In this document: positions 45,860-56,443 of the stretch, one piece after another | Layout: each line of letters opens with the position of its first letter | How positions within the stretch are numbered: the stretch's first letter is position 1 | NCBI GenBank assembly: GCA_963747895.1 | Contig: CAVVGX010000011.1 | Location: 38,646-102,645, forward strand | DNA: 64,000 nucleotides | Reading direction: 5' to 3' | DNA from: an uncultured Actinomycetota bacterium | GTDB taxonomy: Bacteria > Actinomycetota > Actinomycetes > Mycobacteriales > Geodermatophilaceae | Notes under the pieces: model-generated | What the model saw: only the letters and a program-made list of their open reading frames with translations | What the model was told of the DNA's origin: nothing | The model's database searches: none | Made by a program: the position numbers and the translations under genes

Positions 45860-46999
45860 TCAGAGCCAGCCGTTGCGCTTGAAGCCGCGGTAGAGCAGGA
45901 GGCAGGCCACCACGATCACCAGCAGCACCACCGGGTAGCCGTAGCGGGTGCCCAGCTCCGGCATGTGCTCGAAGTTCATGCCGTAGATGCCCGCGATCGC
46001 GGTGGGGACGGCGATGATGCCGGCCCACGCGGAGATCCTGCGCATGTCCTCGTTGTCGGCCATCGACGTGCGCGCCAGCGACGCCTGCAGGATCGAGGTG
46101 AGCAGCTCGTCGAGCCCCGACACCTGGTCGCGCACCCGGATCGCGTGGTCGAGCACGTCGCGGAAGTAGGAGCGCATGGCGTCCGGGACGACGTCGATCT
46201 GCCGCTCGGCCAGCTTCTGCAGCGGCACCTCCAGCGGCCCGACCGCCCGTCGCAGCGACATCAGCTCCCGCTTGAGCTGGTAGAGCCGGCCGATGTCGTC
46301 GGTGCGCGACGGGCTGAACACCGAGGCCTCGAGCTCCTCGACGTCGTCCTCCACGGCGCCGGCGACGTCGACGAAGGTGTCCACCACCAGGTCCGCCACG
46401 GAGTAGAGGACGGCGGCGGGACCCAGGCACAGCAGGTCGTGCTGGTCCTCCAGGCGGTGCCGCAGCTCGCTCAGCTCGCCGTGGTGCCCGTGCCGCACCG
46501 TGATCACGTAGTGCGGGCCGAGGAAGACCATCACCTCGCCGGTGTCCACGACCTCGCTGGTCGCGGTGAGCTCCTCGTGCTCCACGTAGGTCGCGGTCTT
46601 GAGCACCATGAACAGCGCGTCGTCGTAGCGCTCGAGCTTGGGCCGCTGGTGGGCGAAGACGGCGTCCTCCACGGCCAGCGGGTGCAGGTCGTACTGCTGC
46701 GCCAGCGCCCCGAGCTCCTCCTCGGTCGGCTCGTACAGGCCCAGCCAGACGAAGCCGCCGCTGGCCTCGGCGGCCCGCAGCGCCTCCTCGGGCGCGACCG
46801 GCGCCTGGCGGCGTCCGTCGACGTAGACGGCGCAGTCGACGACGGCGCCGACGCCGGCCCCCCGCGTGGGCGGCCGGGTCTCCCGCCCGGCGGGGCGGGG
46901 GCGGGGGCCGGGGCGCGTGCTCTCCGGGCCGGAGGAGGGGGAGGCGCGGTCGGGCAGCGGTGGGGTCGACGGTGCGGACGACGTGTCGGCGCTGCTCAT
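45860..46999 (-). CDS. corA: Magnesium/cobalt transporter CorA
   Basis: C-terminal YGMNFEHMPEL (GMN motif) between two TMs. Acidic cytoplasmic N-domain. Pro/Ser-rich N-terminal extension. Confidence 0.9.
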   Translation of the reverse strand: MSSADTSSAPSTPPLPDRASPSSGPESTRPGPRPRPAGRETRPPTRGAGVGAVVDCAVYVDGRRQAPVAPEEALRAAEASGGFVWLGLYEPTEEELGALAQQYDLHPLAVEDAVFAHQRPKLERYDDALFMVLKTATYVEHEELTATSEVVDTGEVMVFLGPHYVITVRHGHHGELSELRHRLEDQHDLLCLGPAAVLYSVADLVVDTFVDVAGAVEDDVEELEASVFSPSRTDDIGRLYQLKRELMSLRRAVGPLEVPLQKLAERQIDVVPDAMRSYFRDVLDHAIRVRDQVSGLDELLTSILQASLARTSMADNEDMRRISAWAGIIAVPTAIAGIYGMNFEHMPELGTRYGYPVVLLVIVVACLLLYRGFKRNGWL

Positions 47000-47184
47000 C
47001 GGGGCTTCTCCTCGGTCCGGGCCACTCCGAAGCCTAGGCGCGTACGCCCGGGCCGACGTCGAGGAGGAACGGTGCCCTTGACCGCCCTCACCCGTCCGGG
47101 TGGAACACTGCCGCGGCCCTACAGCGGGGGCGCGGACGGGCCGAGCTGATCGGGGACAGCACCGAACCGGTCAGGAGTCCCCAG

Positions 47185-47835
47185 TTGGCGATCAGCGTCT
47201 ACGACGTCCGCGACACGTTCGCGCGACCGCGGCTCGCGCTGCCCGTGCGCCGGGCCGTCGCGCCCGGGACGACGTACCGCCACGCGCCGGTCCCCGCGCT
47301 CCTCGCGGGCCTGACCGGGATCGTCCAGGCGGTCGGCCTGCTGGCCGTCGCCCTGCACGGCCTGGACGTCGTGCTCACCGCCCCGTCGCGTCCGGCCGGA
47401 CCGGTGCTGGCGCTGGGCCTCGTCGGTCTGGCCGGGTGGATCGTGCTGGCCGCCGCCGGTGGCGCCTCGGTCATCGACGGCTCGGGCCGCCGCCTCCAGA
47501 CCGGTGTCGCCGTCGCCGAACTCGGCCTGGTCGCCGCTGCCGCCGTCCTGCTCCCCACCAGCCCGCTCCCCCTGCCGGCCGGCTTCGTCCTGCTCGCCGC
47601 CACCGTGCCGGTGGCCAAGCTGCTGCTCGCCGGTTCACCGTCGGCGGTGGCCTGGGTCGCGGCGGGTCCGCGTCCTGTCGAGCGCCGTCCCGACCCGGCG
47701 ACGACGCACCGCGTGCTCGCCACGGCGACCCTCGGTCTCATCGGCCTGGCCCTCGGTGCGGTTGCGCTGGCCGGACCGGTCGACGACCAGGTGCGCACCG
47801 GCGAGACCGCCTCCACCACCGTCTACCAGCCCTGA
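47185..47835 (+). CDS. Hypothetical membrane protein
   Basis: TTG start 7 nt after caggag. High GC3. Four to five predicted TM helices. No recognisable family. Confidence 0.5.
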   Translation: MAISVYDVRDTFARPRLALPVRRAVAPGTTYRHAPVPALLAGLTGIVQAVGLLAVALHGLDVVLTAPSRPAGPVLALGLVGLAGWIVLAAAGGASVIDGSGRRLQTGVAVAELGLVAAAAVLLPTSPLPLPAGFVLLAATVPVAKLLLAGSPSAVAWVAAGPRPVERRPDPATTHRVLATATLGLIGLALGAVALAGPVDDQVRTGETASTTVYQP

Positions 47836-47884
47836 CACCGAGAGCCCGGGGAACCGGGTGGACGGGCCTCCGTACTGTTGTCCC

Positions 47885-49684
47885 GTGAGTGATCGCCACA
47901 TCCTGACCGCGGTCGCCTGGCCCTACGCCAACGGCCCGCGGCACATCGGCCACGTCTCCGGTTTCGGAGTTCCCTCCGACGTCTTCAGTCGCTTCCAGCG
48001 GATGAGCGGCAACCGCGTGCTGATGGTGAGCGGCACCGACGAGCACGGCACGCCCATCACCGTGGCGGCCGACGCCGAGGGCGTCACGCCCCGGCAGATC
48101 GCCGACCGCAACAACCGGGTCATCGTGAACGACCTGCAGTCGCTGGGGCTGAGCTACGACCTCTTCACGCGGACGACCACGGCCAACCACGCCGCCGTCA
48201 GCCAGGAGATCTTCCTGGGCCTGCTGAAGAACGGCTACGTCTTCCCCAAGACGACGCTGGGCGCGATCAGCCCGTCGACCGGCCGCACGCTGCCCGACCG
48301 CTACATCGAGGGCACCTGCCCGATCTGCGGCTACGACGGCGCGCGCGGCGACCAGTGCGACAACTGCGGCAACCAGCTCGACCCGACCGACCTGATCAAC
48401 CCGGTCAGCAAGATCAACGGCGAGACGCCGAAGTTCGTGGAGAGCGAGCACTACTTCCTCGACCTGCCGGCCTTCACCCGCGCGCTCGGCGACTGGCTGG
48501 CCACCCGGAAGAACTGGCGCTCCAACGTCCTCAACTTCAGCGTCAACCTGCTGGAGGATCTCAAGCCGCGCAGCTACACCCGGGACATCGACTGGGGCGT
48601 GGCCGTGCCGCTGGACGGCTGGCGCGACCGCCCCGACAAGCGGATCTACGTCTGGTTCGACGCCGTCGTGGGGTACCTGTCGGCGTCGATCGAGTGGGCC
48701 CGCCGGTCCGGGGACCCCGAGGCCTGGCGGCAGTGGTGGCAGTCGCCGGAGTCCGACGCCTACTACTTCATGGGCAAGGACAACATCGTCTTCCACTCCG
48801 AGATCTGGCCCGCCCAGCTGCTCGGCTACAACGGCGAGGGCGACAAGGGCGGGAGCCCCGGCTCGCTAGGCCGGCTGAACCTGCCCACCGAGGTGGTCTC
48901 CAGCGAGTTCCTGACCATGGAGGGGCGCAAGTTCTCCTCCTCCCGCAACGTCGTCATCTACGTGCGCGACTTCCTCGCCCGCTACGACGCCGACGCGCTG
49001 CGCTACTTCATCGCCGTCGCCGGCCCGGAGAACCAGGACACCGACTTCACGTGGGAGCAGTTCCGCCGGCGGAACAACGAGGAGCTCGTCGCCGGCTGGG
49101 GCAACCTGGTCAACCGGTCGGTCTCGATGGCGGCCAAGAACGTCGGCGCGGTGCCGACGCCGGGCGAGCTCACCGACGCCGACCGTGCCCTGCTGGCCAC
49201 CACGTCCGGCGCGTTCGGCCCGGTCGGCGACCTGCTGTCGCGCAACCGGCAGAAGGCGGCGATCGGCGAGGCGATGCGGGTGGTCTCCGAGGCCAACAAG
49301 TACCTGTCGGACCAGGCGCCCTGGAAGCTCAAGGAGGACCCGGCCCGCCGGGACACCGTGCTGCACACGGCGCTCCAGGCGATCAAGGACTGCAACGCGC
49401 TGCTGACGCCCTTCCTCCCGCACTCCGCCCAGCAGGTGCACGAGATCCTGGGTGGCGACGGCGTCTGGTCGGTCGCGCCGGAGATCCACGAGGTCACCGA
49501 TCTCGACGACGGGTCCCCGTACCCGATCATCACCGGCCCCTACGAGCAGGGGCGGGCGGTCTGGGCGTCGACGCCCCTGGCCGCGCCGGGGACGCCGCTG
49601 GCCCCGCCGACGCCGATCTTCACGAAGCTGGACGAGTCGATCGTCGAGGAGGAGCTCGCCCGTCTCGAACAGGGCGGGGCATGA
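47885..49684 (+). CDS. metG: Methionine-tRNA ligase
   Basis: [16 protein letters not shown] (HIGH), Zn knuckle [24 protein letters not shown] (KMSKS). GTG 47885. Confidence 0.95.
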   Translation: MSDRHILTAVAWPYANGPRHIGHVSGFGVPSDVFSRFQRMSGNRVLMVSGTDEHGTPITVAADAEGVTPRQIADRNNRVIVNDLQSLGLSYDLFTRTTTANHAAVSQEIFLGLLKNGYVFPKTTLGAISPSTGRTLPDRYIEGTCPICGYDGARGDQCDNCGNQLDPTDLINPVSKINGETPKFVESEHYFLDLPAFTRALGDWLATRKNWRSNVLNFSVNLLEDLKPRSYTRDIDWGVAVPLDGWRDRPDKRIYVWFDAVVGYLSASIEWARRSGDPEAWRQWWQSPESDAYYFMGKDNIVFHSEIWPAQLLGYNGEGDKGGSPGSLGRLNLPTEVVSSEFLTMEGRKFSSSRNVVIYVRDFLARYDADALRYFIAVAGPENQDTDFTWEQFRRRNNEELVAGWGNLVNRSVSMAAKNVGAVPTPGELTDADRALLATTSGAFGPVGDLLSRNRQKAAIGEAMRVVSEANKYLSDQAPWKLKEDPARRDTVLHTALQAIKDCNALLTPFLPHSAQQVHEILGGDGVWSVAPEIHEVTDLDDGSPYPIITGPYEQGRAVWASTPLAAPGTPLAPPTPIFTKLDESIVEEELARLEQGGA

Positions 49685-50565
49685 GCCGCTCGGCGTCGGC
49701 GCGGGCGAACCGGCGGGGCGAGCCGCCGCCGTCGCCGGAGCCGCTGCCGGCCCCGGCCCTGGACAGCCACACCCACCTGGACATCGTCCTGGGGGAGCGG
49801 CCGGCCGACGACGAGCACGGTGAGTGGGCGTCGGGCGCCGCCGTCGACGCCGAGATCGCGGCGGCGGCCGCGGTGAACGTTCCGCGCCTGGTCCAGGTGG
49901 GTGTCGACGTCGCCTCCTCGCGCTGGTCGGCCGCGTTGGCCGCCCGGCACCCGGCCGTGCTGGCCGCCGTCGCGCTGCACCCGAACGAGGCGGGCGCCGG
50001 GAAGGCGACCGAGGAGGCGCTGGCCGAGATCGACCGGCTCGCCGCGCTGCCGCGGGTGCGGGCGGTGGGGGAGACCGGCCTGGACCGGTTCCGCACCGGC
50101 CCGGAGGGGTGGGCGGCGCAGGAGGCGTCGTTCCGCGCCCACATCCGGATCGCCAAGCAGCACGGCATCGCGCTGGTCATCCACGACCGCGACGCGCACG
50201 AGGAGATCCTCCGCGTGCTCGACGACGAGGGTGCACCCGAGCACACCGTCTTCCACTGCTTCTCCGGGGACGCCGTCTTCGCGAAGGCCTGCGTCGAACG
50301 GGGGTTCGTGCTGTCGTTCGCCGGAACCCTCACCTTCGGCAACGCCGCCTACCTGCGCGAGGCCGCGGCCCTCACCCCGCCGGACCAGCTGCTGGTGGAG
50401 ACCGACTCGCCCTTCCTGACCCCGGTGCCGCACCGCGGCCGCCCCAACGCCTCGCGCCTGGTCCCGCACACCGTCCGGGCCCTCGCCGACACGACCGGCA
50501 CGGACCTCACCGAGCTGTGCCACACCCTCACCCGCACCGCCGAGCGGGTCTTCGGGTTCTGGTAG
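49681..50565 (+). CDS. tatD: TatD family hydrolase
   Basis: [38 protein letters not shown] overlap with metG. Confidence 0.9.
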   Translation: MSRSASARANRRGEPPPSPEPLPAPALDSHTHLDIVLGERPADDEHGEWASGAAVDAEIAAAAAVNVPRLVQVGVDVASSRWSAALAARHPAVLAAVALHPNEAGAGKATEEALAEIDRLAALPRVRAVGETGLDRFRTGPEGWAAQEASFRAHIRIAKQHGIALVIHDRDAHEEILRVLDDEGAPEHTVFHCFSGDAVFAKACVERGFVLSFAGTLTFGNAAYLREAAALTPPDQLLVETDSPFLTPVPHRGRPNASRLVPHTVRALADTTGTDLTELCHTLTRTAERVFGFW

Positions 50566-50569
50566 AAGT

Positions 50570-50590
50570 CCGGAGGGCGAAGTCCTCCGG
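50570..50590 (+). terminator. Hairpin after tatD
   Basis: CCGGAGG-gcgaagt-CCTCCGG, a 7-bp stem 5 nt after the stop. No clear U tract. Confidence 0.35.
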
Positions 50591-50620
50591 GCGCACAGGG
50601 AAAAAGGGGACACTCATCTC

Positions 50621-51460
50621 GTGGGCCGTCTGATCGCCGTGGTGCTGTTCATCGCCGTGCTCGTGCCCGGGGTGCTGCTGGGCCGGGAATGGGCCCGTGC
50701 CGCGGACCGGCGTGCGGTGGCGGGCGGATCGGTGGAACTGGCCGAGCTCACTGCGGAGGGCTCGGCGGCGCTGACGCAGCAGGCGACGCACGGCCGTCGC
50801 TGGCGCCGGCTGGGCCTCTTCCTGGGCCTCGCCGGGATCGCCGCCAGCGTGGTGGCGGTGGCCGAGGCGTCGGTCTTCCTGTGGGTGCCGGTCCTGGCGC
50901 TCGGGCTGCTCACCGGCGTGCTGCTGGCCGAGGTGACGCGGCCCCGTCCGCGGTGGGGCCTGGCCCAGCCGGTGCGCCGTCCCCGTCGCGCCGAGCTGGT
51001 CTCGGGCTGGCTGGTGTGGACGACCCGTGCGGTGGTCGCGGGTGCCGTCGTCGGGGGCGTCTGGTCCTGGTCGGCGGGGGGGCTGGACGCGGCGGTGGCC
51101 TGGACGGCGGTGGGCGTGCCGCTGGTCGCCGGTCTCCTGGCGGAGCTGGCCCTGGTCCGGGCGGTCCGGCGGCCGCTGCCGGCCGCGGGTGCCGACGTGC
51201 CCGTCGACGAGGCGCTGCGCACCTGGACCGCGCACCTGGTCACCGCGGCCGCGGGCGTCCTGGGGCTGGTGCCGCTGGGCGTGCTGCTGCTGAGGGCGGG
51301 CATCGACCTGGGCGACCGCATCACCGAGCACTTCGACCTGCTGCCGGTGGCGCTGGTCGCCGGGGGCTTCTCGGCGCTGACCTCCGGGGTCGCCGTCGCG
51401 GTGTTCCTGCTGACCTGGGTCCGGCCGGTGCGCGCCGGCGCCCGGGCGCTGGCGGGCTGA
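50621..51460 (+). CDS. Hypothetical membrane protein
   Basis: GTG start. High GC3. About 6 hydrophobic helices with Arg-rich loops. No recognisable family. Confidence 0.55.
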   Translation: MGRLIAVVLFIAVLVPGVLLGREWARAADRRAVAGGSVELAELTAEGSAALTQQATHGRRWRRLGLFLGLAGIAASVVAVAEASVFLWVPVLALGLLTGVLLAEVTRPRPRWGLAQPVRRPRRAELVSGWLVWTTRAVVAGAVVGGVWSWSAGGLDAAVAWTAVGVPLVAGLLAELALVRAVRRPLPAAGADVPVDEALRTWTAHLVTAAAGVLGLVPLGVLLLRAGIDLGDRITEHFDLLPVALVAGGFSALTSGVAVAVFLLTWVRPVRAGARALAG

Positions 51461-51631
51461 GGCGGGGCTCCGTGCCCCTCGTGGGCCCGATTCACCCTGT
51501 GGGCTTGCTCACCGGCCGGCAGCAGGCCTGACCCCGGCAGCACCCCGGGACTCGCGGCATGGCTGTCACTCCACGTGTCGGCGCGTCCACATAGCGACAT
51601 GGCGGCCGTCTGGTTCACTCGTCCCGCACCG

Positions 51632-51659
51632 TTGCCACACACACCGTGCTCGTTATCGT
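51632..51659 (+). promoter_or_regulatory. Candidate sigma-A-type promoter upstream of rpfB
   Basis: TTGCCA-16 nt-TATCGT (fits TANNNT) in the least G+C-rich part of the 360-nt gap, about 160 nt upstream of the rpfB start. Confidence 0.3.
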
Positions 51660-51820
51660 GTCGTGATCAGCCGGGGTGGAGACCGCCCCGGGCCGAGCCG
51701 CCCGACCGGAACCGAGGTTCCCGGCCGGGCAGCCGACCCGGACGCGGACCGCAGCGGGCGCGCCGTCCACCGCGGCGTGCCCGTTCCTCCTGCCCGGGTT
51801 CCGTGACCCCTGGATGTGCC

Positions 51821-52906
51821 GTGCGCCGCTCGCTCCGTGTCAGCCTCTTCGCCCTCGTCCTGCTCGGACTGGTGGGCGGGACGCTGGCCTTCTTCATCGC
51901 CCAGAAGTCCGTCGTCCTCACGGTCGACGGGCAGGCCCAGCGGATCGGCACCTACGCCGACACCGTGGCCGACGTTCTGGACGAGGAAGGTCTGGAGCCG
52001 GCCTCCCACGACGTCCTCCTGCCGGCCGCCGACCAGGCGGTCGCGGACGGCGACACGATCGTGCTCACCCGCGCCCGTCCGCTGAAGCTCAGCGTGGACG
52101 GCGTGGAGCAGGAGATCTACGTGACCGCGCTGTCGGTCGACGAGGCGCTGGAGCAGCTCGGGCTGCGGGCCGACGGCCTCGTGCTCTCGGCCAGCCGCAG
52201 CGAGCGCCTGCCGCTGGACGGCATGCGCCTCGAGGTCATCACGCCCAAGGACGTCCTCGTCGTCGCCGACGGCCAGGAGCGGGTCGTGACCACCACCGCC
52301 GCGACCGTCGGCGACCTCCTCGCCGACGAGGGCATCGCGCTCGGTGAGGTCGACCGCGCCAGCGTCGACCTGGAGCAGCCGCTGGCGCAGGACATGCGCG
52401 TCCAGATCTTCCGCGTCCGGATCGACGAGGTCACCGAGACCATCCCCGTCCCGCACGAGGTCGTCGAGACCAAGGACCCCGAGGCCTTCGCCGGCGACCG
52501 CGAGGTGACGACCGAGGGGATCGACGGCGAGAAGACCATCACCTACCGCGTCACCATCACCGACGGCGTGGAGACGGCGCGCGAGACGCTGGGTACCACG
52601 GTCTCCCGCGAGCCCGTGGCCGAGCAGGTCACCGTGGGCACCAAGGCCCGCCCGGTGAACAGCCCCGCGGCCGACGGCCTGAACTGGGCCGCTCTGGCCC
52701 GGTGCGAGTCCGGCGGCGACCCCACCCGGGTCAGCAGCACGGGCACCTACCGCGGCATGTACCAGTTCTCGCAGTCGACCTGGAACGCCGTCGGCGGCAC
52801 GGGTGACCCCGCCAAGGCCTCCGCCCAGGAGCAGACCTACCGCGCCCAGCTCCTCTACAAGCGCTCCGGTGCCGGCCAGTGGCCGCACTGCGGCAAGAAC
52901 CTCTGA
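51821..52906 (+). CDS. rpfB: Resuscitation-promoting factor RpfB (DUF348 x3, G5, transglycosylase domain)
   Basis: N-terminal TM, three DUF348-like repeats (V.L.VDG......T....V.D.L), a G5 region, C-terminal [14 protein letters not shown]...[12 protein letters not shown]. Start GTG 51821 or 51803. Confidence 0.9.
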   Translation: MRRSLRVSLFALVLLGLVGGTLAFFIAQKSVVLTVDGQAQRIGTYADTVADVLDEEGLEPASHDVLLPAADQAVADGDTIVLTRARPLKLSVDGVEQEIYVTALSVDEALEQLGLRADGLVLSASRSERLPLDGMRLEVITPKDVLVVADGQERVVTTTAATVGDLLADEGIALGEVDRASVDLEQPLAQDMRVQIFRVRIDEVTETIPVPHEVVETKDPEAFAGDREVTTEGIDGEKTITYRVTITDGVETARETLGTTVSREPVAEQVTVGTKARPVNSPAADGLNWAALARCESGGDPTRVSSTGTYRGMYQFSQSTWNAVGGTGDPAKASAQEQTYRAQLLYKRSGAGQWPHCGKNL

Positions 52907-53783
52907 TCGGGCGCACCTGAGCACGAACCCCGAGCAGCCGGACGGGCTGCTGGGCCCCGCCGCGATCCGCGAGCTGGCCCAGCAGCTGGACCTGCGGCCC
53001 ACGAAGACCCTCGGGCAGAACTTCCTGCACGACGCGAACACGATCCGCCGCATCGTGCGGACCGCGGAGCTCCGGGCCGACGACGTCGTCCTCGAGGTCG
53101 GCCCGGGCCTCGGCTCCCTCACGCTGGGCCTGCTGCCCGCCGCCGAGCGGGTCGTGGCCGTCGAGATCGACCCGCGCCTGGCCGACCTGCTGCCGCACAC
53201 CGTGGCGGAGCGACGGCCCGACCTGGCCGATCGGCTCGACGTCGTGACCGCGGACGCCCTGCGCCTCACCGAGCTGCCGGGGCCGGCGCCCACCGCGCTG
53301 GTCGCCAACCTGCCGTACAACGTGGCCGTGCCCGTCCTGCTCCACCTGCTCGACCTGCTGCCCACCCTGGATCGGGCGCTGATCCTCGTGCAGGCGGAGG
53401 TGGCCGAGCGGCTGGCCGCGCCGCCCGGTGGCGGGGCGTACGGCGTCCCCTCGGTCAAGGCCGCCTGGTACGGCGAGGTCCGCCGGGCGGGCAACGTCGG
53501 CCGGCGGGTGTTCTGGCCGGAACCGAACGTCGACTCCGGTCTGGTGAGCCTGGTGCGTCGGCCGCCGCCGCCGGGGGACCGGAAGGCGACCTTCGCCGTC
53601 GTCGACGCCGCCTTCGGCATGCGGCGCAAGAGCCTGCGCGCCGCCCTGGCCCGCTGGGCGGGGAGCCCGGCCGCGGCCGAGGTCCGCCTGCGGGCGGCCG
53701 GCATCGATCCGGCCACCCGCGGTGAGCAGCTGTCGGTGACCGACTTCGCCCGGCTGGCGGCCACCGACCCGGTGACGCCGTGA
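52869..53783 (+). CDS. rsmA: 16S rRNA (adenine1518/1519-N6)-dimethyltransferase
   Basis: [31 protein letters not shown]. No ATG/GTG after the rpfB stop, so the start is GTG 52869 (overlapping rpfB) or CTG 52917. Confidence 0.85.
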   Translation: MPASGRTAARTSDRAHLSTNPEQPDGLLGPAAIRELAQQLDLRPTKTLGQNFLHDANTIRRIVRTAELRADDVVLEVGPGLGSLTLGLLPAAERVVAVEIDPRLADLLPHTVAERRPDLADRLDVVTADALRLTELPGPAPTALVANLPYNVAVPVLLHLLDLLPTLDRALILVQAEVAERLAAPPGGGAYGVPSVKAAWYGEVRRAGNVGRRVFWPEPNVDSGLVSLVRRPPPPGDRKATFAVVDAAFGMRRKSLRAALARWAGSPAAAEVRLRAAGIDPATRGEQLSVTDFARLAATDPVTP

Positions 53784-54706
53784 TGCCGGCAGCCCCGGTG
53801 GACGCCGTGGCCGCCCGGGCGCCCGCGAAGGTCAACGCGCTGCTGGGCGTGGGCCCGCTGCGCCCCGACGGCTTCCACGAGCTCCGCACCGTCTACCTCG
53901 CCGTCTCGCTGTTCGACGTCGTCACCGTGCGGCCGGGTGAGGGCCTGGCCCTCACCGTCACCGGGGAGGACGCCGAGGTCGTGCCCACGGACCGCCGCAA
54001 CCTGGCCTGGCGCGCCGCCGAGCTGCTGGCCGAGCACGCCGGGGTGCCGGCCGACGCGCAGCTGGAGATCGCCAAGGCCATCCCGGCCGCGGCCGGCCTC
54101 GCCGGAGGCAGCGCCGACGCGGCCGCGGCGCTGGTCGCCCTCGACGCCCTGTGGGGCACCCGCGCCGGCCGGGCCGACCTGCTGGAGCTGGCCGCCCGCC
54201 TGGGCAGCGACGTGCCGTTCAGCCTGCTCGGCGGCGTCGCCCTGGGCACCGGACGCGGCGAGCGGCTCACCCCGGTGCTGGCCGGCCCGTCGTGGCACCT
54301 CGTCCTGGGCATCGCCGGGGAGGGCCTGTCGACGCCGTCGGTCTACGCCGAGCTGGACCGGCTGCGGGCCGCGGGCCAAGTGCCCGACGGCAGCGACCTG
54401 CTCCCGGCCGAGCCGGTCATCGCGGCGCTGCGCAGCGGACCGGCGGAGGCGCTGGCCGCGGCGCTGGGCAACGACCTCCAGGCGCCGGCGCTCGCGCTGC
54501 GTCCCGAGCTCGGGCGCGCCCTGCGGGCGGCGACCGGGGCGGGCGCGCTCGGCGTGCTGGTGAGCGGCTCGGGGCCGACCGTGGCGGCGCTGGCCGAGGA
54601 CCAGCCCGGCGCCGTGCGCCTGGCCGCGACGCTGGCCGGTGAGGGGATCTTCCGCACCCTGCGGGTGGTCTCCGGCCCGGTGCCCGGTGCCCGGCTCGTG
54701 GGCTGA
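53780..54706 (+). CDS. ispE: 4-(cytidine 5'-diphospho)-2-C-methyl-D-erythritol kinase
   Basis: [38 protein letters not shown] (GHMP kinase motif). GTGA overlap with rsmA. Confidence 0.95.
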   Translation: MMPAAPVDAVAARAPAKVNALLGVGPLRPDGFHELRTVYLAVSLFDVVTVRPGEGLALTVTGEDAEVVPTDRRNLAWRAAELLAEHAGVPADAQLEIAKAIPAAAGLAGGSADAAAALVALDALWGTRAGRADLLELAARLGSDVPFSLLGGVALGTGRGERLTPVLAGPSWHLVLGIAGEGLSTPSVYAELDRLRAAGQVPDGSDLLPAEPVIAALRSGPAEALAAALGNDLQAPALALRPELGRALRAATGAGALGVLVSGSGPTVAALAEDQPGAVRLAATLAGEGIFRTLRVVSGPVPGARLVG

Positions 54707-54717
54707 GCCGGCTCAGC
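54702..54717. terminator. Perfect 16-nt palindrome containing the stop codons of both convergent genes
   Basis: GCTGAGCC/GGCTCAGC. The TGA of ispE (54704-06) and the TCA (= TGA) of the TetR gene (54713-15) lie in opposite arms. Confidence 0.3.
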
Positions 54718-55321
54718 TGCCGGAGGGGCCCTCCACCAGGCCGGGACGGACGTCGAGGTGGGACAGGCCGTTGTAGGCCAGGTTCACCAGGTGCGCGGCC
54801 ACGTCGCGCTTGTCCGGCGACCGCGTGTCGAGCCACCACTGGCCCACGAGCGCCACCATGCCGACCAGGGCCTGGCTGTAGAGGGCGGCCAGCTCCGGGT
54901 CGTAGCCACGGGCGTCGAACTGGGCGCCGAGGATGTGCTCGACCTTGCGCGCCACCTCACCGATCAGGGAGGGGTAGCCGCCCACCCCGCCGGTCACCGG
55001 TGCGTCGCGGGTGAGGACGAGGAAGCCGTCGGTGTCGGACTCGATGTACTCCAGCAGGACCAGTGCGGCCCGCTGCAGCATCTCCCGGGGGTGCCCGGGG
55101 TCCGACAGCGCCGAGGTGAACCGGCCCAGCAGCTGCTGCATCTCCCGGTCGACGACGACGGCGTAGAGGCCCTCCTTGCCGCCGAAGTGCTCGTAGACCA
55201 CCGGCTTGCTGACCTCGGCGTGCGCCGCGATCTCCTCGATCGAGGTGGCCTCGAAGCCGCGCCGGCCGAACAGCTCGCGGGCGACGTCGAGGAGCTGCTG
55301 CCGGCGCTGGGCACCGGTCAT
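54713..55321 (-). CDS. TetR/AcrR family transcriptional regulator
   Basis: RRQQLLDVARELFGRRGFEATSIEEIAAHAEVSKPVVYEHFGGKEGLY HTH. Downstream of, and co-directional with, the desaturase. Confidence 0.9.
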   Translation of the reverse strand: MTGAQRRQQLLDVARELFGRRGFEATSIEEIAAHAEVSKPVVYEHFGGKEGLYAVVVDREMQQLLGRFTSALSDPGHPREMLQRAALVLLEYIESDTDGFLVLTRDAPVTGGVGGYPSLIGEVARKVEHILGAQFDARGYDPELAALYSQALVGMVALVGQWWLDTRSPDKRDVAAHLVNLAYNGLSHLDVRPGLVEGPSGS

Positions 55322-55368
55322 CCGCACCCGCGGCCGGGGCGGCGCGGCGGCCGGCCCCGCGTCCTCGT

Positions 55369-56352
55369 TCAGGACGTCGCCGGGGCCTCGACGCGGCGCT
55401 TGGCGGCCAGACGCACCGGGTCGGGCCACTTGACGTTCGAGGCCAGGCCGAGCTTCTCGAAGACCCAGATGACGCGGGCGCTGATGTCGATCTGGCCGCG
55501 CAGCACGCCGTGTCGGGCGCACGTCGGGTCGGCGTGGTGCAGGTTGTGCCAGGACTCGCCGCCGCTGAGGATCGCCAGCGGCCAGAAGTTGGTCGCGCGG
55601 TCGCGGGACACGAAGGGCCGGTTGCCCACCACGTGGCAGACCGAGTTGATCGACCACGTGACGTGGTGCAGGAGGGCGGCGCGCACCAGGCCGGCCCAGA
55701 AGAACGCCGACCAGGCGCCGGCCCAGCTGCCGGTGATCAGACCACCGAGCACGGCGGGCATCGCCAGGCTGAGGAAGGCCCACACGACGAACGTCCGGCT
55801 GATCAGGACCAGGCCGCGGTCCTTGAGCAGGTCGGGGGCGTACCGCTCCTGGTTGGTCTTGCGGCGGTCGAACAGCCAGCCCAGGTGGGCGTGGAACATG
55901 CCCTTGAGCAGCGCGCGCAGGTCGGTGCCGTAGCGCCACGGGGAGTGCGGGTCGCCCGCGCGGTCGGCGAAGGCGTGGTGCCGGCGGTGGTCGGCGACCC
56001 ACTGGTTGACCGGGCCCTGGATGGCCATGGACCCGGCGACGGCCAGGCCGAGGCGCAGTGGCCGCGTGCTCTTGAAGGAGGAGTGCGTGAAGTGCCGGTG
56101 GTAGCCGACGGTCACGCCCAGCAGGGAGAGGTAGTAGAAGCCGACGGCGAGGCCGACGTCGACCCAGGAGATCCCCCAGCCCCAGACCGCGGGGACGACG
56201 GCGGCCAGCGCGACGAACGGCACCAGCACGATCACGTAGAGGGTGACGATCTCGAGGGTGCTCTTGCGCCGGCCGATCGCGTTGGCCGGCAACCCGACGT
56301 AGGGCTCGGCGCGGGGAGGAGCCGTGGGCCGGGTGAGTGCGGGAGCGGACAA
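55369..56352 (-). CDS. Acyl-CoA (membrane) fatty acid desaturase
   Basis: His boxes HRHFTH, HRRHHAF, HNLHHADP. TTG 56352 follows CAGGAG. The longer ORF to 56409 is the alternative. Confidence 0.85.
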   Translation of the reverse strand: MSAPALTRPTAPPRAEPYVGLPANAIGRRKSTLEIVTLYVIVLVPFVALAAVVPAVWGWGISWVDVGLAVGFYYLSLLGVTVGYHRHFTHSSFKSTRPLRLGLAVAGSMAIQGPVNQWVADHRRHHAFADRAGDPHSPWRYGTDLRALLKGMFHAHLGWLFDRRKTNQERYAPDLLKDRGLVLISRTFVVWAFLSLAMPAVLGGLITGSWAGAWSAFFWAGLVRAALLHHVTWSINSVCHVVGNRPFVSRDRATNFWPLAILSGGESWHNLHHADPTCARHGVLRGQIDISARVIWVFEKLGLASNVKWPDPVRLAAKRRVEAPATS

Positions 56353-56427
56353 AGAAACTCCTGAGCTGTGTGGAATCGGCCTCGGGCGCGGTCTCGACCG
56401 GCGTGCCACGGGCTGCGTCCTCGCGAA

Positions 56428-56443
56428 CCTACGGCAGCGTAGG
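56428..56443. promoter_or_regulatory. Candidate TetR operator upstream of the desaturase-TetR operon
   Basis: CCTACG-gcag-CGTAGG inverted repeat about 80 nt upstream of the desaturase start. Flanked by direct CGCGAACC repeats (56422-29, 56450-57). Confidence 0.25.

Noticed and set aside
46999-47184. M-box or other Mg-sensing leader upstream of corA
   Set aside because: The 185-nt minus-strand leader shows no recognisable M-box core and no long conserved stems on inspection. There is nothing to support a call.
51640-51820. ydaO-type c-di-AMP riboswitch upstream of rpfB
   Set aside because: I could not align the remembered ydaO core elements by eye. It is reported only as an unclassified leader needing a covariance-model scan.
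51653-54379. 908-aa minus-strand ORF, and the 990-aa minus-strand ORF at 60473-63445
   Set aside because: They are antisense to rpfB-rsmA-ispE and to rplY-pth-sugar transferase respectively. There is no domain signal and the Arg/Gly bias is extreme.
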